Origin: Chrysochromulina tobinii
Lineage: Eukaryota
Length of the DNA stretch: 42,513 nt
Assembly: GCA_001275005.1 (NCBI GenBank)
Contig: JWZX01003017.1
Location: 1-42,513 of the forward strand
Reading direction: 5' to 3'
Shown here: piece by piece, positions 28,500-39,798 of the stretch
How the letters are laid out: every line of letters begins with the position of its first letter
How positions within the stretch are numbered: position 1 is the stretch's first letter
Notes under the pieces: model-generated
Database searches by the model: none
What the model saw: the letters and a program-made list of their open reading frames with translations, nothing else
What the model was told of the DNA's origin: nothing
Translations under genes and position numbers: made by a program

Positions 28500-31400
28500 T
28501 TAGTAGTCGTAGCGCCGTCGGCCTGTATCCCGCTCTGGAGAACGTGAACCGTAGCGCCGCCGCCGAGCGTCTCTATCCGGCGAGCGTGAGCGCGAGCGCC
28601 TCTCCCGGCGACCTGTCTCCCGCGGTCGCTCCTCGCGCCGCTCATGCCGCCACGTCGCATAGTCAGCACGTCTCGGAGGCTCGTCACGCTCACGCTCGTG
28701 GTCCCTGACGTGCCGTGACGAAACGTCACGAAACCCGTCGCCGCGAGGGGGCTCACGAGGGAGATCGCGAGCGGGCTCGCGCGGGGGCTCACGTCGACGC
28801 GGCGGTGAGATGGAAGGCGAGCGCGCCCGCCGCGGCGCGTCAGCTGGCTCTGCGCGGGCTCGGGGCTCTGCGTGCGAAAACAGGCAGTCGGCGCCGCGCG
28901 AGCACGTGCCGAACCGGTAGAAGCGGCAGGGGGGCCGTGACGGCGAGGTGGCCGATGCCTGAGGTTCCCACTGGCCGGAGTTTCCCGCGGCGGTCGCGCT
29001 TCCGACGCTGCCCGTGTTGGTGCGCCGTTCACTAACTTCGAGGATGCCTTCGATGGCCTGCGCGCTCTCCACTGCCGGCTCCACAGGCAGGAGGCGCGCG
29101 AGCCGAGGATCCGCTGAGTTCGCCCCAGAGCTCTGGCTGCGCCGAGCCACAGGAGCCACACCAGCCGGCTGCACCGCATCGGCAGAGAGAGAGCGAGATG
29201 GAAAGGCGATGCTGCTGCCACCGAAGCCGAGTGGCGGCTGCACAGCATGCTCTGGTGCGGGCGAGAAGCGGCCGCTGTAGCTCGCGGACGCTGTGTCGGG
29301 CACGAGTGGAAGGAGGCGACCGGAAGGGGTGAAGCCCTGGAAGCCCGGAGGGTAGCCTGCGGGCACGGACGCCGGAGGCATCACCAACGCAGCAAGCGCA
29401 TCGCCGATGGACGGCTGCGGCTTCGACAGCGGCGGTTGCATCTGCTGCGGGAGCGGCTGTGGGGGCTGCAGGGATGGCAGTAGGTGCGGCGGCTGCGACG
29501 ACGGCGGCTGTGTTGGCATCTGCTGCGGCCCCATAGTACGTAGGTGCTGCTTGCCTTGGCGGAGCTTCTCGGCGACGACATGTGCGTGCCGCAACTCGAC
29601 GTCACTCAAGTGGCGCGAGCGCAGCTGGTGCCAGGCCGTGATGAGGTCCTCATCACGCAGCGGCTCGTCGAGCACTTCGTCAAACGAAATCTGGCGCTCG
29701 AGTGGCCGCCAGTTGGCGGGGCCCTTGATGGTGAGCCGCCGCGAGCGCGCATCGGCGAGCACCACCTCGCAAACGACGGAGCGCGAGCTGGCGAGGCCCG
29801 CCGCATACGGCTGTTCTACCTTCACCAGAAGGCCGATCGGCCCGTCCGGCAGCAGCAGCGAGGCCTCGTGAGGCAGCGAGCTCGACCAAGCGAAGAGCTG
29901 CGGTGGTCGCAAGTGCAGCGACTCGAGGGCCGACAGCGTGGGAAGGAAGCCAAGATCAGAAAGCAACCGCGCGTCTCCGGCGTCGTAGGCGAAGTCGTAG
30001 CTCAGGACCGCGCGCGCCGCTCGATCGTCGGGCAGCCCCGCCGCTTGAATGCATCGCCGGAGCCGCTGCGCGTGGCTCGTGACGGCGCCGCACGAAAGAC
30101 GCGAGATGTAGCCCTCCTTGAGATGCCGCCATGCGGCCATTTGTACCGTGCAGGCGAGCTTATGGTTGGGGACGTTCGATACAAACTCGAGAGCGAGCCA
30201 GCGCGTGAGCGGGCGCCACTCGGCAGGTCCACGTAGTTTGAGCTCGATCTCACCATTGGCCGCGCGCCGGCTGTCGAGCACCTCGGCGACATCATACTCA
30301 TCAGCCCGGCCGTGGGCGCGTGTGCAGATGAGCAGGCCAGCAGGGCCCGCAGGGAGCACTGACTCATCACGCGCCCAGGCCTCGAGATCATCACGGCGCG
30401 CGCGGATCGCATCAAGGCCTTCGAGAGCCTTGACGAGACCCATATCCTCAAGCAGCGTGCTCTCGGCCACCCGGAACTCGAAGCCCGCCTCGTCCTCGGC
30501 GAAGGCCCACGGAGCGTCAGTCGGGGTGGGCACCGAGCGCGACGTCGGCGGCCGTCCAATCGCCTGTCCAAACGCAGCGGCCGCGGCAGCGCTCGCGGGA
30601 GCCATATTAGGAGCGCTCGCTGCCCGGACGCTGCTGGTGCTCGAGACGGCGCCAAACGATGCGGCCGTGCTCGATACGGCGGCAAAGGCAGTGCCCGAGG
30701 CAGCGGCCATCGTCGGAGGCAAAGCGCTTTGGCGATGAGCCTCAAGCGGGACGCTTTGGGCACACGTGCTCTTCGACGGAGACCGCGCGGTGTTGAGCAT
30801 CCCAACCGACACGTTGGCCGATTTCGAGTTCTTCATGGGCATCAGGTCCAGCGGCGTTGCGGCCGATGAGCCTGCACTGCCGCTGCTTCCGCCGCCACTG
30901 CCGCGCCACGACGCTACGGCTGTGGCGGGCGCAGCACCCTTACTCGGGTTAGGCGGCGCCCGAGACGGCGCCGTGTCCTTTTGCGGCGCAATGTCTTTTG
31001 GCTTCGCGACACCTACGATGGTGCTCGTGTCGTGAGCAAAGCTGCCCCACAAGTCGACCTCTGCGTCGGCAATGCTGTCAGCGCCCTCGCGCCCCGACAG
31101 CAAGGGCGGTGGCGCTGCGCGCGGCGGCACCGCACGCGGCGGCGCCGGCGCTGGTGCCACTGGCACTGGAGGCGGCGCGGGTGCCGAACCGCCACGCTTG
31201 GGCGCCAGCGCTGACGGGCGTCTCGAGAGCAGCGGTAGCTCCTCGTCTGAGTCATCAGAGCTCGAGTCCATTCCAGCAGCCTGAGGAGGCCCCGACTGCG
31301 CAATCGCAACGGCGGCGGCCGCCGCTGCCGCCGCTGCCGCCGCGGCGGCGGGCGAGAGACTGGACGTGCGTGGCGCCTTGGCCGTTGGACTCCTTCGAGC

Positions 31401-31696
31401 GGCGGCTTCTTCGTCCCGCAGCATGCTCCTGAGCAGGCTGCGATCAGGCTCCTTGTCCTCCTCCTGGATCGAGATCGGCGCGCTCCGTGGACGCTTGCTC
31501 CGTGGACGCTCGCCGCGATCCGTGAGCACCCGACGCTTCGTGTCGCACCAGCCAGGGTGCTTTGGCGGCTTCGAGCACTGCGCGGAGCGGGGACAGCACT
31601 GGCCCGATGCCTGCGCATGGCTGGCCTCGTTCTCATCCTCATCCTCATCCTCATCTTCGTCCACATCGTCGATCCCCTCCTTGTCGTCCTCAACGA

Positions 31697-31739
<43 letters not shown>

Positions 31740-33911
31740 CTCGTCGTCCTCGTCGTCCTCGTCGTCCTCGTCCTCGTCCTCGTTGTCCTCATCGCACTTC
31801 TCGCTCACATGGACGTTAGGGCGCTGGCTGCCACGGCCGCGCGCTCCCCGGCCGCCTGACGCCCCCCCGCGCTGGCTGCCTTTGCCGGCTCGGGCTGGCC
31901 GGGGCCGTGCCACAGGGTCCTGACGCCCATTCGGCAACAGCGGCCACCACTCAAGCTTGACGCCTTCTGCTGAGCGGACGATCCACATGCGGCCGTCATC
32001 GCTCCTTAGCTTCGCGTCCACTGCAAACTTGGTGCAGCTGGCCGCGGGTGGCCGGTATGGCGCACCGTTGAGAGGCACGAGCTCGGCCCATGCAGCTGCA
32101 ATTGCCGCCGTGCCGTTCAGAGGGGCGGCGGGCTTTCGATGAGCGGCGGGTGGCTGGGAGTGCGGCAGCTTGCCAGCGAGCTTGGGGGCGGGCTTAGTAG
32201 CTGGCTTGGGTGCGGGCTTGGGAGCGGGCTTCAGCGCCGAGGAGCTCTCGAAATGGATGGGCGAAGACGACGAAGACGATGTGGAGGACGACACGTCGGC
32301 TGGGGCCGCCGCTGCCGCCGCTGCTGCCGCTGGTCGGCGCCAGCTCGGGGCAGCGCCGGCAGCCGCATGAGCGGCGGCAGCGGCAGAGGCGGCAGCGGTG
32401 CACGAGCGCTCGGATTGATCGGATTGATCTGGCGGCAAAGCAGGCTGCGCAGCGGGGCAGCTCGTGCCGCTGCTATCACCGCCGCCATGAATGGCGTTCC
32501 GACGCTCATGCTTCTCATGCTTCTCCCAAGCGTTTCTTACGGAGGAGCCCCTTATGCCATCCGGGCCCTCGTACACGACGTGCTTGCGCCCATTGGGCGC
32601 GACACGCCAGTAGGGCTGCCAACCAGGCGGCAGCGGCTGCGTCGACTTGGGCTGCGCCTCCTGCGCAGGCGCGATGGCGGCGGCCTCCGCCTCGACGCGC
32701 GCTACGAATACGAATGACGGTCGCGCGAGCAGCGGCAGGCGCGCGGCTCGATAGGAGGGCGAGTCAGCGGAGCAAATCTTGCCGCATGTGTGGGCCCGAT
32801 GGGCCCCCCTGCACGCACTGCAGTCGTCCGGTGGCTCCGCCCCCAAGGCAGCCTCGACGCTGCGAAACCTCGCGGTCTGAAGCTGCTCGGCCGGCCAGGG
32901 TCCCTTTGGCGGCTCGGCCGGTGGCGGCTCCCCCTCCCCACCGAGAAGTCTCGAATCGTGCGCCTCGGCCGGCGCCATCACGGCGCGCGTGCGCGCGAGA
33001 CCGAGCATCGGATGGTCGCGGGACGGTGAGAACTGTTCCTCAGGCTCCCAGGTGTGTTGGTCTGGGCCGTAGTCGCCCCAGCGCACGAGGTAGCGCCAGC
33101 CGCCGTCGCGCACCTCAGCCTGCAGGATCTCGGCGACTTCGTACACGCCGCCTGCACTGCTGGCAGGGCAGCGGGCACTGCTTGCGCGGCCACTGCTGCT
33201 GCTGCTGCTGCCACCGCCGCTGCTCACGCTGCTTCCGCCATGGGCCTGCTGGTCTCGGAGCGGCTCGACACCAGCTACGGCACGGCCTTGACCACGGCCA
33301 CGGCCACGGCCGCCACAGCTGCCGCCACGGCCGCGGCCGTTGCCGCCGCCCCTGCCGTCACGATCGCGCTGCAGCTGCGTTGGTGAAGGGCCACCGACGA
33401 TGGACGTGGATTCCTCATCGTCGAGCTCGTCGTCGGTGTCGGCGGTGGTCCTGACCCGAGGTGCTGCCTTGGGTATGGCAGCGGTGACCGCTGGGTACGA
33501 GCGTGCGCGCCGTGCGGAGGGCTCGAACTCCGCGAATACGTGCATGCCAGGGTGGCGGTCCAGCAGGATGCACCCGTTGGTGCCACACCGATCGTAGGGC
33601 CGTTCCTTCGTACGGTCGCCAGTCTGCTTGTTCACGAACACGTGTACGCCGTCGACGACCTCCACCAGCCAACCCTTGGGTAGTCGGCCGACTTCGTCGG
33701 TGCGACTCGGCTGCTTGGCGATCCTGGGCACCTCTTCTGTGTGTCCTCCCAAAAAGGAGTCCGCAGCAGCGTTGACGTCCATGTTGGAGCGTTGCAGGAG
33801 CTCAAGCAGGACTCCTTCGGGCGGATCGGGGCCCAATAACTCACGCAGCGCCGTCATCGCGAGCGAGGAGTCGCGCGTGGGGCGCGGCTCGGCGATGATG
33901 GGCTCGTTCAT
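28500..33911 (-). CDS. Large multidomain nuclear protein: CUE/UBA-like, WW, chromo, MBD-like, small Cys/His fingers, two Plus3-like domains, CCCH finger, RS tail
   Basis: WW LPKGW...VFVNKQTG..TKERP; chromo YEVAEIL...YLVRWGDYGPDQHTWEPEEQF; MBD-like LPPGW...VYEGPDG; Plus3-like LDAIRARRDDLEAW...LEFVSN; CCCH CRFYRFGTCSRGADCLFSH. Start placed at MNEPII (33911) because the longer ORF overlaps CEP44. Confidence 0.75.
31622..31792 (-). repeat. Coding (GAC/GAG)n acidic tract
   Basis: Long tcg/tcc triplet run on the plus strand encoding poly-Asp/Glu on the minus strand. Confidence 0.9.
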
Positions 33912-34068
33912 CGCTGCCCCGCTTCTACCTCCAGCTGTCTTGCCTCGCCGGAGGTCTCGACGCGGTCGCGGGGCTGGCAGGCCCCGCGCGTGAAAGGGGT
34001 GCTCGCGGTGCGGCGCGCGCCGTGGGTCGCCCCGTGTGGGGAAATCGTCCCCCCCTCTGGCGGGAGAC

Positions 34069-36390
34069 ATGAAGTCGACCGGCGACCTCGCTGCCAACAT
34101 CGTGAAGCTGCGCGACGCGCTCCGACGCGCCAAGTATGACGGGCCAGTCGATGCACCGGCGCTCGGCTTGGGTGAGCCGGCCGGCTACCTGCCGCTACTC
34201 CACTATGCGCTCCTGCACTCCTCGCGCACAGTCGCTGCGTGGCTAGCCACCTCTGGCTATGAGCTCTCCGCAAAGACAGACATGCGCTTCGTCGAGGTCG
34301 TGTACAGGCTCGTGCGCGAGGAGTTCGGCTACCGCCACAAGCTCACCTGCAAGCAGATGCTCGGCGCGGGCTTCGCCGAGCACAAGATCCTCTTCGTCGT
34401 CGACGTGCTTGAGCTCTGCCGGGGCAAGCACGCGCAGCTCGGCCGCGAGCGCACGCTGCGCACCAACAGCGCCAGCGGCACTGCTTCACCGCATCAGAGT
34501 GCCGACGGCGCTGGCACACTCATCACGCCTCGCGCGACGATGGCCCTGCCGCTGTCGGCCCTTGGTGCTGCGCCCGAGGAGCCACGTAGCGCGCCGCCGC
34601 CGCGGCCGCTGGCTGTGGGGCAGCTGCCGCGCTCGCCGCGCCGCCCGGCCACGGTGCCTATGGCACCACTTGCCACTGCAGCTGCGGCTGCCGTCGCAGC
34701 GCGGCCTAACGTGCGCGTAGAGCTCGCAGCGACCACTGGCACTGGTGGCGCCGCGAACGCATGGGTTCGAGCAAGGCAGCCGCATCAAGCGCCGCAGCCG
34801 CATCAAGCGCCGCAGCCGCATCAAGCGCCGCAAGCGCCGCCGCCGCCGCCTCTGGCCGTCTTTGTCGATGGTGGCGATGGTGCGGCCGCACAGCAGGTGC
34901 TCGATGATCTCGATCCCGAGATACCGTCAGCCGTTGTGCATGTGCCCATCAGCGTGCCAGTGCAGCGTCCGGTGTCCCGAGACGCGAGCGTGGTGTCTGC
35001 GGCACCCCTTGGCTTGCGTTGCTCCCTCGTGGCGCCGCGGGAGCCGCAGGTGGCGCCGCGGGTGCCGCAGGTGCGCTCGTGCGCTCCTCTGATGGTGACC
35101 ATCAGCGGAGCGTTGCTTGAGACAGGCCAGGCCGACGTGTCGGAGGATGCGCCCGACGCGGCGCCCGACGAGCAAAAGGCGCCCAACGCGGCGCCCATCG
35201 CGGAGGCTGATGGCCTCTCGGCCCGCCAAGCGCTGCATCTCCTCCGCGACCGCGCGCCCGAGGCGGCGTCGGATGAGTACACAGAGGACTACACGATCGA
35301 CGACGTGGACGAGATCGACGAGGTCGACGAGGTCGATGAGGTGGACGAAGTGGACGAGGCGGAGACAGAGGCACATGACGCATACGACGCAATCGAGTCA
35401 TTTGAGGCCGGCGACGAAGCCGATGGCGGCTTCTTCCTGACGCAGCTTGTCGAGCCCCCCGCGGATGACGCGCCGTCCATGTCTGCTCGCCGTCCCGCCT
35501 TCAGCCGCCCAGCTTGGCATGCGCTCGAGGCGATGCCGCCGCCGCCACTGCTGCCGCCGCCACTGCTGTCGCCGCCGACTGCAAATGAATTGCACGTGAT
35601 TCGCGCCGCGTCTGACGCCGACGTTATGGCGGCGGCGGGCGAGGTGGTAATGGTGACGCCGCCGCCGATGCCGAAACCGCCGTCGGCGATCGCAACAGCG
35701 ACCGAGGCGGCTCCGAGCGAGGCTCTCTCGGGAGAGGACGCACGTATGGTGCAGCTCGTGCAGATGGTCTTCGCCAAGGTGGCGACCCTCTCGCAACAGA
35801 CGGAGCAGGTGGTCGCTCGGCTTGCGCTGCTGGAGGGGCGCATGAAGCTCATCGAGGCTGTCGCTGAGAAGGCGGTTGCCACGCCGCGAGCAGCAGCCTC
35901 GATCACATCAGCGCCAGCCGCGGCTGCGATGACTGCGATGTCGGCGATGCCGACTATGTCGGCGATGACGGCAATGACGATGGAGATGGAGAGCATCATT
36001 GCGGCTACCTCGCCTCCAAAGGCGATGCAGAGCTCTCTGGCCGTCGTGTCGCCGCCGCCTACCACGACAGCAGCGGCTGTCACGCCCGAAGCGCGGGTCT
36101 TCACAACGCCCGACCCGCGCACCACCTGTGAGGACTCGCGCACCTCATTGGACGGCACCACGGCCGATGCGGCCAAGCGGCGGGAGGTGCTCCTCGGTCC
36201 TTCGCCACGCACGTTGAGCGCCGCTGATCAGCGCATCATTGCGACCACGTGCCAGGGCGCCTTCTCAACCTTCCTCTCGACCCGGGCCTTTATCGACGAT
36301 GTGGAGCGCCGCTTCTCGGACACACATGAGGCCCTCGCCCGCCGCTTCAACGAGACGCAGGCCGCCATCTCCGCGGCCGGCGCCGAGTGA
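34069..36390 (+). CDS. CEP44: Centrosomal protein CEP44-like
   Basis: N-terminal TGDLAANIVKL...YELSAKTDMRFVEVVYRLVREEFGYRHKLTCKQMLGAGFAEHKI matches the CEP44 domain; later short coiled coil. ATG at 34069. Confidence 0.88.
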   Translation: MKSTGDLAANIVKLRDALRRAKYDGPVDAPALGLGEPAGYLPLLHYALLHSSRTVAAWLATSGYELSAKTDMRFVEVVYRLVREEFGYRHKLTCKQMLGAGFAEHKILFVVDVLELCRGKHAQLGRERTLRTNSASGTASPHQSADGAGTLITPRATMALPLSALGAAPEEPRSAPPPRPLAVGQLPRSPRRPATVPMAPLATAAAAAVAARPNVRVELAATTGTGGAANAWVRARQPHQAPQPHQAPQPHQAPQAPPPPPLAVFVDGGDGAAAQQVLDDLDPEIPSAVVHVPISVPVQRPVSRDASVVSAAPLGLRCSLVAPREPQVAPRVPQVRSCAPLMVTISGALLETGQADVSEDAPDAAPDEQKAPNAAPIAEADGLSARQALHLLRDRAPEAASDEYTEDYTIDDVDEIDEVDEVDEVDEVDEAETEAHDAYDAIESFEAGDEADGGFFLTQLVEPPADDAPSMSARRPAFSRPAWHALEAMPPPPLLPPPLLSPPTANELHVIRAASDADVMAAAGEVVMVTPPPMPKPPSAIATATEAAPSEALSGEDARMVQLVQMVFAKVATLSQQTEQVVARLALLEGRMKLIEAVAEKAVATPRAAASITSAPAAAAMTAMSAMPTMSAMTAMTMEMESIIAATSPPKAMQSSLAVVSPPPTTTAAAVTPEARVFTTPDPRTTCEDSRTSLDGTTADAAKRREVLLGPSPRTLSAADQRIIATTCQGAFSTFLSTRAFIDDVERRFSDTHEALARRFNETQAAISAAGAE

Positions 36391-36773
36391 TAGCCCGAGC
36401 CCGTGCACAGCCCGGAGACATTCGGCGAGACGGACGCGGCGAGTGGGTGTTGTGGCAGGCGGGGCAGGCGCGGGCAGCGTCAGTTTTGTGTGCTGTGAGA
36501 AATGCGCTGGGCGCCAATGGCGCGTGCGAAACCTGGCGGCGTGGGCGCGTGCGAGGGCACTGAAAGCGCACGCCGTGCGCGGTGTTTGAAGGTCGGGTGT
36601 TTAAACGGCATGTTCGGAACCCGGGGGGCGCCGCCCGCCGGGCGACCGAGGACCGTCGCGTGTCCGTGAAACAGGCGTGCGGTGTGGCCACGCACAGTGG
36701 CGACAGCCCACGGGCCACCACGCGTTCAATATGTGTGGGCTGTGGTCCATACAGAAACTCGATGAATCGCATC

Positions 36774-37538
36774 CTATTCTTCACCGACAGCGGCCTGCGG
36801 CGCGACGTGGAACGTGGCGTCTGCCCGCTGCACCCACGACCATGCGTCTCGCGCCGCCTCTGAGCGTGCGGCGGCAGCGGGTACCGCTGGCGTCTCTGCC
36901 CTCTCCGTGGACAGGGCTGGCGGTCTCCAAGTAAAGAGAGAGCGATTCTCGGAATGCGTGGTGACGGGCGCCGCGCTTGGCATCGCCCATTGGCTGCTGT
37001 CGTATCGTCGGGCGGCCACGCGCTCGCGCAGGGCCTTCACCTCACCAATATCGGCCTTGATTCGGTCTGCGCGCTCACGCAGAAGCGCCTCGACGCGCGC
37101 CGCTCCCGACTCGGCGGGCGGCTCCGATGCAATATTTAGGGCCGCCGCTGCCTCGGGCGGCGGGACTGTTGCCTGCTGCTCCTGCGCCCATAGCTCCGAC
37201 TGGTAGACTCGCCGCGCCTCACTTCGCACCGCTTGCCGTTCATGCTGTTGCTGCTGCGCGAGCTGCTCCTCGACCGCAATTTTGGCAAGCGTGCGCTGCC
37301 GGCTCTCCTCCGACTCCTGCTTCATCTGCGCCTTTACCATCGCTCGGATAGCGTCCACGCTGTTTGGCTTTGTGCGGTAGCTTTGAGCGACCGTGCGGCC
37401 CTTCTCGGCAGCGACGAGGCGTGCAGCTGTGGTTGACGGCAGCGACCTTGCAGGAGCAGCGGATGATGGCTTGCTGGCGGTAGGAGCAGTGGATGACGGC
37501 AATCTGGCTGCGTTCTTTGAGGTGAGAGGTGTGGGCAT
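36774..37538 (-). CDS. Hypothetical coiled-coil protein
   Basis: ORF from MPTPLTSK with protein-like composition and Q/E/R-rich helices; no family recognised. Confidence 0.55.
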   Translation of the reverse strand: MPTPLTSKNAARLPSSTAPTASKPSSAAPARSLPSTTAARLVAAEKGRTVAQSYRTKPNSVDAIRAMVKAQMKQESEESRQRTLAKIAVEEQLAQQQQHERQAVRSEARRVYQSELWAQEQQATVPPPEAAAALNIASEPPAESGAARVEALLRERADRIKADIGEVKALRERVAARRYDSSQWAMPSAAPVTTHSENRSLFTWRPPALSTERAETPAVPAAAARSEAARDAWSWVQRADATFHVAPQAAVGEE

Positions 37539-37985
37539 GGAGGAACGTTGGCAAAGGCAAAAGCGAGCGCGCGCTGCGAAGATTTCACACATGAGATTCT
37601 ACCGCGGAAAGCGATTGATCACACCAGAGACAAGGTGCTGGAAACCGTTGGTGCGCCGCACGCTATCGCCATGCCATGGAGACGGCTTTGGGGGGGCCGC
37701 ACTGCGTGGAGTGGAGTGTGCCACGTACTTCACCCGACACATGTGGCCCGACGTCGCATCTGGTGCCTTTGTGCGAGCGCGTGCTCCACCAAGGCTCACC
37801 CATCATCATCCCCGCCCCTCTTTCATCACAGATTCTCTCGCCGCGCTCTGACGCCACGCCGATGAAATTTGCATCCGTCTGGGCGTTCATATGCATGCCA
37901 CCCGCGCCATTGAGCGATGCCTGGGGCTTGTCACGGGGATGTGGATCGAGGGCGACCGTACAAGACGGCAGCGCCCGCCGACCGT

Positions 37986-39655
37986 TCACCAGAGCTCCTT
38001 GGCCGGCGCCGCACCCTCTGCGCCGGGCGTTGCAGGCGGGGGGGCGTCGGGGGCGCTGAGGGCGCTAAGGGACGTGGCCTCGGCCGCCGGAATGACTGTC
38101 GTGGTCGTGGCCGCGGCCGATTCGGCTGGTGTAGCCGCCACCGGCGACCCCGGTGTCGGAGAGACGACCTTCACCACGGCGTCCACCATGGCTTGTGACA
38201 CGTCAACCACCGCCTGCGCGCTCGCACTCGCCGCAAGGGTGACTCGTTGCACGATGGTCGGTTTGGGCAGTTCGACGCCTCCCAAGAGGGCAGAGCCACG
38301 CGTCTGAAGCTCGACCACTTTTTCCCTCAGTGAGGCACTCTCGGCCACCGCTGCGGGCGTCGTCGTATCGTACCCGACGAGCCAGTCTAGGTCCTCCGCG
38401 CGGAGCACCGGCCGGGCACGCACGAGTGTGGGGAAGTTGCGCGCGTGCACGGCCGCATTGAGCAGCTGCTCCCCGTGCGCCTCGGTCGGGATCGTGAGCA
38501 CGGGCACGCCACGGCATACCGCCTCCCAAATGGTCTCATTCCCCGCCGACACGATGACGCCGGTGCACTTGGCAAAGAGCTCCTGGAAGAGCGCCCGCTG
38601 CTTCTGGTGCGAGCGAAGCTGGCTGTGGGTTTTGTCGAGCGGCTTGGAAGTGAAGCAATGGAACTGTGAGAGTGACACGCAGCGCCGACTGTGAGCACGA
38701 GGTTACACGCGAGAGGCTGCGCGCTGAGGCTGGTGGGCGGGAGGCGCCGCCTACAGCCTGTTTCGCTCACCTCGCAGTTGGCAATTGGTTTCTTGGCAAG
38801 GATCGCGTCGAGCGCTTTGGCATTCGTCTGCACCAGGAAGTAGCACAAGATCAGCCGAGGTGTGCGCGGCTGCAGCGGCGCAGGTAGGTGGATGATGGGT
38901 GGCAGGATGTTCTCGCCGCCCGTCGGCCCGATCGGGATGGTCTGGCCAGAGGCGGCGAAGATGGCAGACATCACATCCATCACCGCCTTGCCGCCCACCT
39001 CGAGGAAAGTGCGCGTGTCTTCGTAGGTGAGCGCGCAGAGGCCGAACTGCGCGGCCATGTGGGTGATCTCGATGCTCGGTGGCAGCGGATTCAGCTGGAA
39101 GAAGCGCGCGAGCGTCAGGTGATACATGTTGAAGATCTTGGACGCCCGCGCCCTCGCGAAGAAGTCCGCTATGTCGGCGGCATTCTTAAGCAAGTACTCC
39201 TGCGACTTTATTAGGCTGCCCACGAACCGTACCGGGTTATTGAGCGGTATAAAGCCCGTCTCCGTATCGACGAGCTCAATGGCGGGAATGACGAGCAACT
39301 CCACGCCGAGCGGCCGCACCATCTCGTCGAGCATCTTCTCGGCGGCGTCTGTGTCCGTGACCACGCCCGCAAGTGTGAAGCCCCGCGCCTCCAAAATCTC
39401 TACGGCCTTCATCGCCTGTGTCAGGTGGCCAGTGCCGCTGCCGCAAAAGGCGACCACGAAGCGATTCGACTCCACCTTGAGCGACTCAAGCTTCTTCATT
39501 GCGCTCACGGAGCCCTCGACCGGACCCTTGATAGCGCAGCCGATGAGGCATTTGCTCCCGGCTGCAAATGGTGGCTTGAAGCAGTCAGGTGGAGCGCAGG
39601 CCAGCGGATTGAAGCTGGCACACCCGTCATGGCCAGGTGGAGCACAGCCCAACAT
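37986..39655 (-). CDS. GT-B fold glycosyltransferase (MJ1255-like / GT28 C-terminal type); two exons (about 39655-38771, 38663-37986)
   Basis: N-terminal FCGSGTGHLTQA and C-terminal VSAGNETIWEAVCRGVPVLTIPTEAHGEQLLNA. Intron 38664-38770 joins NCE|FHCF in frame. The start could alternatively be 39499. Confidence 0.8.
38664..38770 (-). other. Spliceosomal intron (107 nt)
   Basis: Minus strand GAG|GTGAGC...CTCTCACAG|TTC; canonical sites that restore the frame. Confidence 0.9.
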
Positions 39656-39798
39656 CTGCCCTTGTGGGTTCTGTCGGTCTCGCGTCGGTCTCGCGTGCTC
39701 CAGAAACTTTCGGGAGCCGACGCGTGGCGCTTTCCTCACGGGGCCGCCTTCCTCGGCTCGCCCTTCCTTGGCGGCGTTCGCCTATTGCACCGGGCGCG

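Noticed and set aside
33912..34133. N-terminal extension of the 1877-aa ORF
   Set aside because: Overlaps the conserved CEP44 start on the opposite strand; likely open by chance in GC-rich DNA.
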